Part shown: positions 1 through 12,070 of the stretch, one piece after another
Position numbering within the stretch: position 1 is the stretch's first letter
Layout: every line of letters starts with the position of its first letter
Source of the DNA: Eledone cirrhosa
Taxonomy: Eukaryota
Direction: 5' to 3'
NCBI GenBank assembly: GCA_964016885.1
Contig: OZ024759.1
Span: forward strand, 13,268,001 to 13,332,000
DNA length: 64,000 nucleotides
Made by a program: the position numbers and the translations under genes
Notes under the pieces: model-generated
The model's database searches: none
What the model was told of the DNA's origin: nothing
Seen by the model: only the letters and a program-made list of their open reading frames with translations

Positions 1-182
1 CACAGAAATATATATACATTTCTGTGTGTGTAATATATATATACACACAGAAATATATATACATTTCTGTGTGTGTAATATATATATATACACACAGAAA
101 TATATATACATTTCTGTGTGTGTAATATATATATACACACAGAAATATATATACATTTTTGTGTGTGTAATATATATATATA
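1..182. repeat. ~45-bp compound tandem repeat (CACAGAAATATATATACATTTCTGTGTGTGTAA(TA)n), 4 copies
   Basis: Units are directly visible; each contains an ACACAGAAAT/ATTTCTGTGT hairpin. Confidence 0.85.
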
Positions 183-201
183 CTAGCAGAAAACCACCCG
201 G

Positions 202-1110
202 TCTATATATATAAAACTAAGGATGTTTGTCTGTGTGTGTGTGAATTCCTAAAACTCGAGAAGCACCAAACCGACTGTTTTCAAACTTTACACATGTAAT
301 GTTTATGTTTCAGGGAGTGTTCTGAGCAAAAAGAATTTCAAATTTTCAATGCCCTAGGGACCACACTAGGCGATTTAGCGATCTCTCTCTATAATTCTTA
401 GTCTTTCTCTTTTTAGATAGATATAACGTTGTGCCCTTATTATATCTGTCTGTATGTCTGGCTGTCTGCATTACGTCACTTCCCTGAAGATGTCTGTCTT
501 GTGTGTGTGTGTCTGTGAGTTTGAATCCCTAAAACTCGAGAAGTACCCAACCGACTTTTTTCAAATTTTACATGTGTATTACTTATGTTTTAGGGAGTGT
601 TATGCACATAAAAAATTCAACTTTGTGATCTCCTAGGCATTAGGTGAAAAACTGCGTTTTTCTTTCAGCTTTTTAGGGGTTTTTTGAGGCGTTATGTCAG
701 ACCGATTTCCTTGAAATTGTAACTATGTATTAGTCAGTCTCTTCTTCATACCGTAAGCAAAGAAAATCCAACTTTTTTATGGCCTAGGGCCCGCATTAGG
801 TGGAAAACTTCATTTTTTTCAGGTTTTTAGGGCTTTTTTGAGGCGTTACGTCTAGCCGACTTTCCTGAAATTTCAAGGCATATTATGCACATAAAAAAAA
901 TTCTTCTTGATCCCCTAGGGCCCGCATTAGGTGAAAACCTGCATTTTTCCTGTTTCATTGAGGAAAATCTTAAAGAGTATCCAGCCATCAGAGTATTCGG
1001 TTTATTTTCTTTACATATTGTCCAGGCATGCAGTTTTTCCACGATTAGGTCTGTTGGCGGCTCGCGTTCCAAAATACCTTATCCCGTGCAACGCCGGGTA
1101 CCACTGCTAG
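202..1110 (+). mobile_element. Non-autonomous Helitron-like element (family H1)
   Basis: 5' TCTATATATATAAAAC, GTCT/GT microsatellite near the 5' end, internal subrepeats, and 3' hairpin CCCGTGCAACGCCGGG followed by CTAG|T. No TSD. Confidence 0.75.
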
Positions 1111-1516
1111 TTAAAAATAAAATCAGAATTTTATTTCTCGCCCTAGTACAGCTGTTACAAAAATGTAAGTATGCACACATACACGTATATTATATATATA
1201 TACACACACGCCTATATATATATATATATATATATGCACACACATTATATACATTGGGCCGTTTAACAAATGAATCGAACATTTAGAGGGTTGGATGCCA
1301 TGCTTTGCAGCATAGTTACGGTCCTTTATGGTCTGAGTTCAAATCCTGCCAGAGTTAACTTTGCCTTCATCCTTACGGGTGTCGATAAAATAAAGTACCA
1401 GTAATGCACTGGGATAATTGCTGGCCTTGTGCCAAATGTAGAAACAATTATTGATGTTCGATACCCCCCCCCCCCCCAAAAAAAAAAATTGTTGGCCGTG
1501 TGCCTAAATCAGAAAG

Positions 1517-2008
1517 CAGGCTGGGAAGAGCAGGTAGTTTTCCTCTGTCTGGTAGCTGTAGTGAAAGAGGTGTAGTGGACACGCCGTAAAGGACTGAAGA
1601 CAGACATTTTCCTCTTCGTCCAAGCCCTCATCAACTTTATTTTTAACCCTTAAGCATTTAAACTGGCCATATCCAGCCAGAATTCTCTCACCTCTTTCTG
1701 TTCTAACCAGCCATAACCAGCCATAACCTGCCACTTATATTGACATTAAGGTATTATTCTCAAAATAAATAACAGAATCAAAATTTCACAGATTCCATAT
1801 GTGAGATAATTATGAGATAAAGCCTTTATCATGAAAGTGTAGATTAATGTAAATGCTAAAGGGTTAAGTTCCATTTGGAAAGGAATGTGAGGGTGGAGAT
1901 GTAAGTGCCCCCCTCCCCCCCCCCGCCCCCAGTACATTTGTGAAAAGGTGGGTGACTGTTGCGAGGGTGGCCCGTGTGAATGGGCCCACTCTGACTGTGC
2001 GCCTGTAG
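1517..2008 (+). mobile_element. Degenerate LINE ORF2 C-terminal fragment (L1/Tx1-like), interrupted by a TTAA MITE
   Basis: Homologous to 4060-4310. Both translate to a degenerate ...VKE.VWWT..KGLKT.TFL...INFF.FHL.R..RVE...RW..VAR..RVNGP.L. The clade assignment is tentative. Confidence 0.5.
1647..1863 (+). mobile_element. piggyBac-like MITE (family M1)
   Basis: TTAA|CCCTTAAGCATTTA ... TAAATGCTAAAGGG|TTAA. Removing it restores the flanking LINE fragment at a single TTAA. Confidence 0.8.
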
Positions 2009-2127
2009 ACTGGAGGGATTAATCCTTTCATGACCACATTTCTAATGAAATGCAATTTATTTTAATTAATTAATGAAGAATTTCGAGGGAGTTACTTAGA
2101 TTATTTTATTACTAAGATAGTAACTTA

Positions 2128-2364
2128 GCATGGCTTAGTGGTTAGAGCATTGGGCTTGTAATCGGAAGGTTGTGAGTTCGATTCTTGGACTGGGTGATGT
2201 GTTGTGCCCTTGAGCAAAACACTTTATTTCACGTTGCTCCAGTTCACTCAGTTGTAGAAATAAGTTGCAACATCCCTTGGACAACATCGGTGACGTAGTT
2301 TAGTGTATATAAAGTCTAAATATTGTGTATATAAAATGTATGTAGTGTATATATAGTAAGTCTA

Positions 2365-2399
<35 letters not shown>

Positions 2400-2590
2400 G
2401 CGATGTCACTGGTGCCAAGCTGTATCAGCCATTGCCTTTCCCTTGGACAACATTGGTAGCATGGTGAGGAGAGACTGGTATACATGGGTGACTGCTGGTC
2501 TTCCACAAACAACCTTATCCAGACTTGTACCTCGGAGGGGAAACTTTCTATGTGCAAATCGCATGGTCATTCGTGACTGAAGGGGATCTT
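2128..2590 (+). mobile_element. tRNA-derived CORE-type SINE variant with an internal AT/GT-rich insert
   Basis: A box TGGCTTAGTGG, B box GTTCGATTC, CORE-like CCTTGAGCAAAACACTT. An inverted homologue with the same insert lies at 52895-53400. Confidence 0.75.
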
Positions 2591-2602
2591 TGAGTAATTT
2601 AA

Positions 2603-2912
2603 GCCTTTAACATTTACATTGCTCTATATTTACTATTATATTTTGATGGTAAAGGCTTTTTCTTACATATCTCACATAATATCTTACATAATATCTTACA
2701 TAATATCTTACATAATATCTTACATAATATCTTACATAATATCTTACATAATATCTTACATAATATCTTACATGCCAAATCTATGAGATTTTGATATTAT
2801 TTACTTTGAAAACAATACCTTAACATCAGTATGAGTGGCCAGTTACAGCCAGTTTGAACAGAGAAAGGTGAAAGAATTCTGGCTGGATATGGCCAGTTTA
2901 AATACTGAAGGG
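2603..2912 (-). mobile_element. piggyBac-like MITE M1 with an internal 13-bp tandem (ATATCTTACATA)
   Basis: TTAA-flanked CCTTT/AAGGG termini; body is the reverse complement of 1647-1863. Confidence 0.75.
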
Positions 2913-3249
2913 TTAATGTAAGGTACTTATATAAAATTATGTTGAAAGATTTAAATTTAAATTGGAAACCTTTAAAATAGGTGGTCTTATTACATAAGAC
3001 CAGAAAGTAGTTTTGGCCGGGTTGGTAACTAAAGGGTTAAAGAAGAGTGGGGCACCTTCCTAGGGTGCTCTTGGAGAAGAGAGTAGTTTAGGATTTGTGG
3101 GGTTACTAAGGTTGCTCCAGGGAATTTTGTTTATATTTTTTTGTTATCATTTTTCTACATGATTTTATGTAAACCCCCCCACTGACCCGGTCTTTGTCTC
3201 ATCCTCTGTTTGGCCCTTGTGGCCAATAATAAAGAAATCATTATTATTA

Positions 3250-3810
3250 GGGCAGTATCGGTAGAGCATCGGACACCTTGCTCCGTGGCATATAGTTATG
3301 GCCCTTTACGTTCTGAGTTCAAATTCCGTCGAGATTAACTTTGCTTTTCATTCTTATGGAGGTCGATAAAATAAAGTACCAGTAATACACTGGGGTCGAT
3401 TTTGACTTTCCCCTCCCCCCAAATTGCTGGCCTTTTGCCTATAGTAGAAATCATTATTATTGCCATCTTTAGTTTTCTAGATGGTCGATAAAATAAAATA
3501 CCAGTAATGTACTGGGTAATTGCTGGCCTTGTGCCTAAAGTAGAAACAATTATTATTAGATTGCCCCAGGGTGGTGGATTGGCAATATCGCTAGAGTGGC
3601 GCATGCCATGCTTTGCAGCATAGAGTTACGGCCCTTTATGATCTGAGTTCAAATCCCGGCGAGTTTAACTTTGCCTTTCAACCTTACGAGGTCGATAAAA
3701 TAAAGTACCAGTCACACACCAGTGTGTGACTGGTACTTTATTTTATCGATTAATCGACTTTCCCCTCCCCCAAAATTGCTGGCTTTGAGCCTATGTAGGA
3801 AACCATTATT
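3250..3810 (+). mobile_element. Cluster of tRNA-derived SINE family B (Meta-domain-like) copies
   Basis: GGCAGTATCGGTAGAG A box, GAGTTCAAATCC B box, GCCTTTCATCCTTACGGGGTCGATAAAATAAAGTACCAG central domain, (ATT)n tails. Another copy lies at ~1284-1450. Confidence 0.8.
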
Positions 3811-3835
3811 AGAGTACCCCGCTGCCCTCCTTTAA

Positions 3836-4055
3836 CCCTTTAATGTTCAAAACCAGCCAAAACCGGCCAGAATTCTCTACCTCTTTCTGTTGAAACTGGC
3901 TGTAACTGGTCGCTCAAACTGATGTTAAGGTATTGTTCTCAAAATAAATACTTTAAAAATCTCATAGATTCGATATTATGTGAGATATTATGTGAGGTAA
4001 AGCCTTTACCATGAAAATATAATAGTATATATAGAGTAATGTGAATGCTAAAGGG
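3836..4055 (+). mobile_element. piggyBac-like MITE M1
   Basis: TTAA|CCCTTTAA ... CTAAAGGG|TTAA. Confidence 0.8.
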
Positions 4056-4059
4056 TTAA

Positions 4060-4590
4060 CCTGGAGGGGCAGGCAATTTTTATCTGCCTGTTGGCCATAG
4101 TGAAAGAGGCTGTATGGTGGACATGTCTGAAAGGGTTGAAGACCGGCACTTTCCTCTTCGGCAATATACTCTCATTAACTTTTTCAGGTTTCACTTGAAA
4201 AGGAAAATCAGGGTGGAGAGGGAAGTGCTGCCTTCCAGCCAGTTTGTTGAAAGGGGAGAGAGGCAAGAATGACCCGTGTGAATGGGCCTGCCCTGAGCCT
4301 GTGCCTGTAGTATCGAGGGAGGACAACTGGGGGAGGGCAGTTGCCATAGTGGTCAGAGCGTTTGTGGCTTTTGTGGGCTTTCTCTACGAGTGGCCCTTGG
4401 AGTCTCCTCACATTTGCGGAATTTTTTTATTTTTTTAAAATGTTTCTTTTCTTACTCTGTTACAAATTCTATTTTACACAAACAACAACCCACACTGTAT
4501 CGTCCTGTACTGTCTTTAATGTTTCCTTAATGTGAACCCTGTGTGGCTGATAAAGAAATTCTTCTTCTTATTGGTATTATTATTATTATT
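4060..4590 (+). mobile_element. Degenerate LINE 3' end (L1/Tx1-like ORF2 C-terminus plus 3' UTR)
   Basis: Homologous to 1517-2008. Ends in CCCTGTGTGGCTGATAAAGAAAT plus a simple-repeat tail; a similar end occurs at ~3213-3248. Confidence 0.5.
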
Positions 4591-4787
4591 ATTGTTGTTA
4601 ATTAATTGAAATATTTCATTTACAAGTCATTGCATACTGTTGTGTCTGCTAGACTGACTGACAGACAGACAGACTGACAGATATGTGGCCAGGTGGTGGG
4701 GGTGTTATGACATGATAAACTAATTTGAAATACTTTCCAACATTCTTTTTTTTCGTTAAAATTTTTTAACTTTCAATTTTGAAATTA

Positions 4788-5087
4788 GAATGGTGGTGGT
4801 GGTGATGATGGTGGTGATGGTGGTGGTGGTGGTGGTGGTGGTGGTGGTGATGATAGTGGTGGTGGTGAATGTGGAGATGGTGGTGGTGGGTATGGTGGTG
4901 GTGGTGGTGGGTATGGTGGTGGTGGTGGTGATGATGATAGTGGTGGTGGTGAATGTGGAGATAGTGTTGGTGGTGGTGGGGTGGTGATGATAGTGGTGGG
5001 GGTGGTGGTGGTGGGTGGTGGTGCTGATGATGATAGTGGTGGTGGTGAATGTGGAGATGGTGGTGGTGGCGGTAGTGATGATGGTGA
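4788..5087. repeat. (GGT/GAT)n trinucleotide microsatellite
   Basis: Direct reading. Similar tracts at 8610-9105, 12100-13045, 23990-25065, 27445-27720, 28130-28470, 34745-35190 and 49780-50920. Confidence 0.95.
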
Positions 5088-5284
5088 CTGTATGACTACA
5101 ATAATGAGCCATAGGGTGGTAGGAACCTCCCAAAAAACTTTCTGTTCATATAATGGATAAAAGGAGAGGATGTGAATGTGCATGGCTTAATGGTTCTGGT
5201 GTTTGGCTCCTACCGTAAGATTGTGAGTTTGATTCTCAGTGGTGCATTGTTGTGCAAACTGCTTTTATTTCATGTTGCCTTTCA

Positions 5285-6003
5285 TGATATGCCTGGGAAC
5301 CCTATCATTGAAACACCCAAGAAAGCACCTATGAGATACAACCATGTAGAAAGCTAGCTAAATCTATGTAGGTGTGAGCTGTAACAACATGATAGGACTG
5401 GGATCCCTATCATTAAAACATCCAAGAAACCACCTATGAGTTACAGCATTGTAGGAGGTCAACTAAACCTACATGGGTGTGAGCTGTAACATGATAGGAC
5501 TGGGGTCCCTATCATTAAAACATCCAAGAAACATTTTATGAGTTACAGCCATGTAGAAAGCTAGCTAAATCTACATAGGTGAGAGCTGTAACATCAGTGT
5601 AAAAGGATTGGGGTCCCTATCATTAGAACACCCAAGAAAGCTCCTATGAGATACAACCTTGTATGAGGCCATATAAACCTACATGGGTGTGAGATGTAAC
5701 ATGATAGGACTGGAGTCTCTATCATAAAAACACCCAAGAAACCTCCTATGAGATGTAACCTCTTTCGAGGTCAGCTAAACCTACATAGGTGTGAGCTGTA
5801 ATAATGATAGGATTGGGAACCCTATCATTAAAATACCCAAGAAACCTCCTATGAGTTAGAACATTGTAGGTCAGCTAAACCTACATGGGTGTGAATTGTA
5901 ACAACAATGATAGGACTGGGGTTCCTATCATTAAAACATCCAACAAACCTATGATATACCACATTGTAGGAGGTCAGCTAAAGCTACATAGGTGTGGGCA
6001 GTA
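5285..6003 (+). repeat. Diverged ~100-bp minisatellite (GATAGGACTGGGGTCCCTATCATTAAAACACCCAAGAAAC...), ~7 copies
   Basis: Units are visible. The same family occurs in reverse complement at 56190-57030. Confidence 0.85.
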
Positions 6004-6499
6004 AAATTTCACTTCATTAAATTTCTAAAATTAGGATGGTGGGGATTGTCTATAAAGTATAGATATAGGTTCAATGATGTTTCTAGAATGTCATGTAAGG
6101 GCCCCTTGACCTATGTTTGGGAATCATTGATTTAAAGAGATCTAAGCTTGTTGGACTTTGTTCTCAATGACAATGGTTGAAGGAAAGTTGCGTGGCCTGG
6201 CAGTAGCTGGTAGTATGGTGGTGGTTCAATAGATCGGTCTATTTAACGTACCAGTGTGTATTTGTCTTAAGTAATCTTACCATGTGTTAATGTTCCAAAG
6301 TCCTGTCACTCTGTTTTATTAAACCCATTGCTATACAAACTCTGATAAGATTTGATATAATTTACTGACTATAGAAATAATAACTTCATAACTGAATTGT
6401 TTTCTGTGTTGTAAGGGGTCAACATGGGCTCCGTAAGCTGTGGTGAAGCCAGTATGTCTAAGAGAGAAATCGGTCTATATTAAATAAGAATATACAGGG

Positions 6500-6960
6500 T
6501 AGAATAGGCTCTATAAGCTGTAATGAAGGAAACCTGTCTAGGAGAGCAGTCATTCTCAATAAAATATAGCTGCACAAGGTAGTCATAGGTTCTATAAGCT
6601 GTAATAAAGGCAACCTGTCTAGGAGAGCAGTCATTCTCAATAAAATATAGCTGCACAAGGTAGACATAGGCTCTATAAGCTGTAATAAAGGAAACCTGCC
6701 TAAGAGAGCAGTCATTCTCAATAAAATATAGCTGCACAAGGTAGACATAGGCTCTATAAGCTGTAATAAAGGAAACCTGTCTAGGAGAGCAGTCATTCTC
6801 AATAAAATATAACTGCACAAGGTAGACATAGGCTCTATAAGCTGTAATAAAGGAAACCTGTCTAGGAGAGCAGTCATTCTCAATAAAATATAACTGCACA
6901 GAGCAGAAATGGTCTCTGTAAGATGTAATGAAGACAACCTGTCTAGGAGAGCAGTCACTC
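6500..6960. repeat. 81-bp minisatellite, ~5.5 copies
   Basis: 27-aa periodicity in ORF 6458-6958; DNA units are visible. Confidence 0.9.
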
Positions 6961-7039
6961 TGAATTAAATATGTCTATTTTGGAGGAGAGAGAGTGACAG
7001 ACTGTATACTCCAGTTTAGGTGGTCAACTGCCCCCAACA

Positions 7040-7268
7040 AAATGAAGCCATCCCCAAGCGAGACTATCCAAGCTCATGGATGTTATCCAACCATCTTGCT
7101 CGGGGTCTACCCCTGGGTCTCTTGCCGGTTAGTTTTGCCTGTAAAATCTGCCCAGCCATTCTTTCCTGAGACATTCTAACCACATATCCATAGTATCAGA
7201 GCTGTGATCTCTAAATTCATCGAAGTAGCAACTCTACCTGGAGTGACTCTCTGATCTCTGAGCTACAG
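7040..7268 (-). mobile_element. Degenerate RTE-type LINE ORF C-terminal fragment
   Basis: Minus strand reads RSQL*YYGYVVRMSQERMAGQILQAKLTGKRPRGRPRARWLDNI, the typical RTE terminal motif, with in-frame stops. Confidence 0.75.
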
Positions 7269-7661
7269 TGATTTTTTTTTTTTTTTTTTTTTTTTTTTCC
7301 TGAGACATTCTAACCACATGTACATTTTATCAGAGCTGTGAGTGTTAAATATCGGCCCAGGTCTTCCTTGGTCCTCTTCTTCGCCCAACATTCATTGTTA
7401 GTTCACTGCTTTTAATGATTCTGCCACTTCACAGCCATATATGCTAAATCACCACCAACACAGCTGCTGCCGCCATCACTACCACCATCATCACCACCAC
7501 CACCACCACCACAGCTGCTGCTGCCACCACCACCATCACCACCACCACCACCACCACCATCATCACCATCATTAACACCACCACCCCTCTTAAGTGGTAA
7601 ATGTTTGTAAAACAATCTTATTTTAGTAATTAACTGGAGTCAGATGGCTAATTCACTGGCT

Positions 7662-7671
7662 TATATATATG

Positions 7672-7715
<44 letters not shown>

Positions 7716-7720
7716 CAAAC

Positions 7721-7801
<81 letters not shown>

Positions 7802-7835
7802 TGTATATATATACAAACATTTATATATATATATG

Positions 7836-7867
<32 letters not shown>

Positions 7868-8004
7868 TGTATATATATATACACACATGTATATATATAT
7901 ATATATACACACACATGTATATATATATATATATATACACACATGTATATATATATATATATATACAAACATTTATATATATATATATGTATATATATAT
8001 ATAC

Positions 8005-8049
<45 letters not shown>

Positions 8050-8116
8050 AACATATATATATATATATGTATACATATATATATATATACACACATATAT
8101 ATATATGTATACTCAT

Positions 8117-8148
<32 letters not shown>

Positions 8149-8175
8149 TATGTGGGTGTATATTATATATATATT
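7662..8175. repeat. (TA)n/(CA)n compound microsatellite
   Basis: Direct reading. Confidence 0.95.
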
Positions 8176-9316
8176 TCACAGCTAACTATTTTTGATGAAA
8201 GCCTTCTAGAAATATATTTGACCTTTTCACATGTTTAGTAGTAAGTGTGGTGGTGGTGGTGGTCTTGTGGAGAACTTTGGGGGCTGGGTTTCTTTTCTCC
8301 CTTGGTGGTGTGGGGGGCTGGGTTTTCTTTTCTCCTTTGGTGGTGGTGGTGTTGCGGAGAACTTGGGGGGGGGGGGGCTGGGTTTCTTTTCACCCTTGGT
8401 GGTGGTGGTGGTGTTGTGGAGAACTTTGGGGGCTGGGTTTTCTTTTCTCCTTTGGTGGTGGTGGTGGTGTTGTGGAGAACTTTGGGGGCTGGGTTTTCTT
8501 TTCTCTCTTGATGGTGGTGGTGTGGGGGAAAAGAAATACCATTTGTGATGGTGGCTGTTGTGGTGGAGGAGAAGAGAACTTTGGGAGTTTGGTGGATGAG
8601 GGGTTATTGTTCTTGGTGGTGGTGTTGATGATGATGCTAATGGTGGTGGTGGTGTTGATGATGATGCTAATGGCGGTGGTGGTGGTGATGATAATGGTGG
8701 TGGTGGTGGTGGAGGTGATGATGGTGGAGGTGATGATGGTGGTGGTGGTGATGGTGGTGGTTATGATGATGGTGATGGTGGTGGTGGTGATGGTGATGGT
8801 GATGGTGGTGGTGTTGATGATGATGCTAATGGTGGTGATAATGGTGGTGGTGGTGGTTGTGGTTATGATGATGATGGTGGTGGTGGTGATGATGGTGATG
8901 GTGGTGGTTATGATGATGGTGATGATGGTGGTTATGATGATGATGGTGGTGGTGGTGGTGGTGGCAATGGTGGTGGTGGTGGTGATGATGGTGGCCATGG
9001 TGGTGGTGGCAATGATGATGGTGGTGGTGGTAGTGGTGGTGGTGGTAATGGTGGTGGTGGTGATAATAGGGGTAACGATGATGATGGTGGTGGTGGCGGT
9101 GGTGGTTTGTAGTAGACTGCAGTACTGGCTACAGCTATGCTACCATTATGTAAACCTCTTGATAAAAGCTGTTTATAAAATGTCACCCCCAAATATTCCT
9201 CTCCCATTGTTTCATCTAATCTGTTTGTATTGTTTTAACTCTGGTCTGCCCCCTTATTTTATCTCACTGCTGACATTAAACTGACATTAATATTCATTTT
9301 CTCAACACTGCTGTGG

Positions 9317-10312
9317 AATGGCAGAGCGTCAGATCAGTAGAGCGCCAGACACCGTACTTAGCGACATAGCGTTGCGGGTCTTTATGTTCTGAGTTAGTTC
9401 AAATAAAGTACCAGTAATGCACTGGGGGTAATTGCTGGCCTTGTGCCAAAAGTAGAAAAAAATAATTATTATTATCATCATGATGATGATAATTGTTTCT
9501 AATTTTGGCACAAGGCCAGCAATTACCCCAGTGCATTACTGGTACTTTATTTTATCGACCCCAGCGGGATTTGAACTCAGAATGGCAAGGGCCGTAACTC
9601 TATGCTGGAAAGCATGGCGTCCGACCCTCTACCGATACTGCCAATCCACCGCCATACTTTGATAATAATGATGATGATGATAATAATAATTGTTTCTACT
9701 TTTGGCACAAGGCCAGCAATTCCCCCAGTGCATTACTGGTACTTTATTCTATCGACCCCGTAAGGATGAAAGGCAAAGTTAAATCCCACCGAGGTTAACT
9801 TTGCCTTTCATCCTTACGGGGTCGATAGAATAAAGTACCAGTAATACACTGGGGTAATTGTTGGCCTTGTGCCAAAAGTAGAAACAATTATTATTATCAT
9901 CATCATCATTATTATCAAAGTATGGCGGTGGATTGGCAGTATCGGTAGAGGGTCGGACGCCATGCTTTCCAGCATAGAGTTACGGCCCTTGCCATTCTGA
10001 GTTCAAATCCCGCTGGGGTCGATAAAATAAAGTACCAGTAACGTACTGGGTAAGTGCTGGCCTTGTGCCTAAAGTAGAAACAATTATTATTACTAGGCGG
10101 TGGATTGGCAGTATCGGTAGAGCGTCAGACACCATGTTTTGCAGTATAGAGTTACGGCCCTTTATGGTCTGAGTTCAAATCCCACCGAGGTTAGCTTTGC
10201 CTTTCATCCTTATGGGGTCAATAAAATAAAGTACCAGTAACGCACTGGGTCGATTTAATTGATTTCCCCCTTCCCTTCAAATTGCTGGCCTTGTGCCTAA
10301 AGTACAAACAAT
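9317..10312. mobile_element. Cluster of SINE family B copies in both orientations, including a foldback
   Basis: Family B head, central domain and tail motifs on both strands. Confidence 0.85.
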
Positions 10313-10574
10313 TGTTGTTATTTTCTTGGAGTCTCAGTCATTGATGTTATTGAACTGGAAAGTTTGTCCAAAGCCTCTACCTGCAGCTGCAGATATTTAG
10401 GGTGTATCGGAGGGTTCTAGCTGTTCCCAGTAAGCATGCCTTTTGAAGTGTTCCAAAAAAAGGGGCTGGACTAATGTTTTTTAACCATCCTTATATTGCC
10501 ATCCTTATATTGCAGTGTATTGCCAGTAATTGGCAGATTGTCGGACACGATGCTTTGCAATATAGGAAAGATAC

Positions 10575-12070
10575 TATGTCATTAACCCTTTCATTACCAT
10601 ATTTCTAATGAAAGACACTGTCTATGTCATTAACCCTTCCATTACCATATTTCTAATGAAAGACACTGTCTATGTCATTAACCCTTTCATTACCATATTT
10701 CTAATGAAAGACACTGTCTATGTCATTAACCCTTTCATTACCATATTTCTAATGAAAGACACTGTCTATGTCATTAACCCTTCCATTACCATATTTCTAA
10801 TGAAAGACACTGTCTATGTCATTAACCCTTCCATTACCATATTTCTAATGAAAGACACTGTCTATGTCATTAACCCTTCCATTACCATATTTCTAATGAA
10901 AGACACTGTCTATGTCATTAACCCTTCCATTACCATATTTCTAATGAAAGACACTGCCTATGTCATTAACCCTTCCATTACCATATTTCTAATGAAAGAC
11001 ACTGTCTATGTCATTAACCCTTCCATTACCATATTTCTAATGAAAGACACTACCTATGTCATTAACCCTTTCGCTACCATATTTCTAATGAAAGACACTA
11101 CCTATATTATTAACCCTTTCGCTACCATATTTCTAATGAAAGACACTACCTATATCATTAACCCTTTCGCTACCATATTTCTAATGAAAGACGCTGCCTA
11201 TGATTTTAAAATCCTTTTGAAAATAATCAAAAATGTGAAAGCCTTATGAAAATAATCAAAAATGTGAAAGGATTTAGTAATATAACTGTCTAATTATTAA
11301 GTTGGTGTTTGGATTGGAACGTATCTTAACAAAGGTTCTTACATAAAATTATGATGGAAGGTTTTTAGATGAATATAAACACTTTAAAGCAGTTTTGTAT
11401 CATAGAACAAGGGGCGTTTGGAACATAACTTAATAAAGGTTCTTACATAAAATTATGATGGAAGGTTTTTAGATGAATATAAACACTTTAAAGCAGTTTT
11501 GTATCATAGAACAAGGGGCGTTTGGAACATAACTTAATAAAGGTTCTTACATAAAATTATGATGGAAGGTTTTTAGATGAATATAAACACTTTAAAGCAG
11601 TTTTGTATCATAGAACAAGGGGCGTTTGGAACATAACTTAATAAAGGTTCTTACATAAAATTATGATTGAAGGTTTTTAGATGAATATAAACACTTTAAA
11701 GCAGTTTTGTATCATAGAACAAGGGGCGTTTGGAACATAACTTAATAAAGGTTCTTACATAAAATTATGATTGAAGGTTTTTAGATGAATATAAACACTT
11801 TAAAGCAGTTTTGTATCATAGAACAAGGGGCGTTTGGAACATAACTTAATAAAGGTTCTTACATAAAATTATGATGGAAGGTTTTTAGATAAATATAAAC
11901 ACTTTAATTCTTTTGTTACCATATTTCTAATGAAAAACACTGTTGGTGTTTGGAACATAACTTAATAAAGGCTTTTACATAAATTATGATGGAAGGTTTT
12001 CAGATAAATATAAACAATTTAAGATATTCAGAACAGAACCAGTGGCAATTTCAGATGGTTTGGTATCAAG
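10575..12070 (+). mobile_element. TTAA-CCCTTT MITE (family M2) with two internal tandem expansions: 48-bp x ~13 (10575-11200) and 104-bp x ~5.5 (11331-11905)
   Basis: Starts TTAACCCTTTCATTACCATATTTCT and ends ...CAATTTCAGATGGTTTGGTATCAA. Single-copy relatives at ~2917-3036, ~26345-26603 and ~48001-48050. Confidence 0.7.

Noticed and set aside
6424-6437. ATGGGCTCC|gtaag as a possible DENND1 first exon (MGS)
   Set aside because: Wrong phase (0 rather than 2), it lacks the R-x-R codons, and it resembles the adjacent 81-bp repeat unit.
6458-6958. Repeat-protein ORFs in minisatellites (also 10608-11249)
   Set aside because: Unit lengths are multiples of 3 (81 and 48 bp), so open frames arise trivially.
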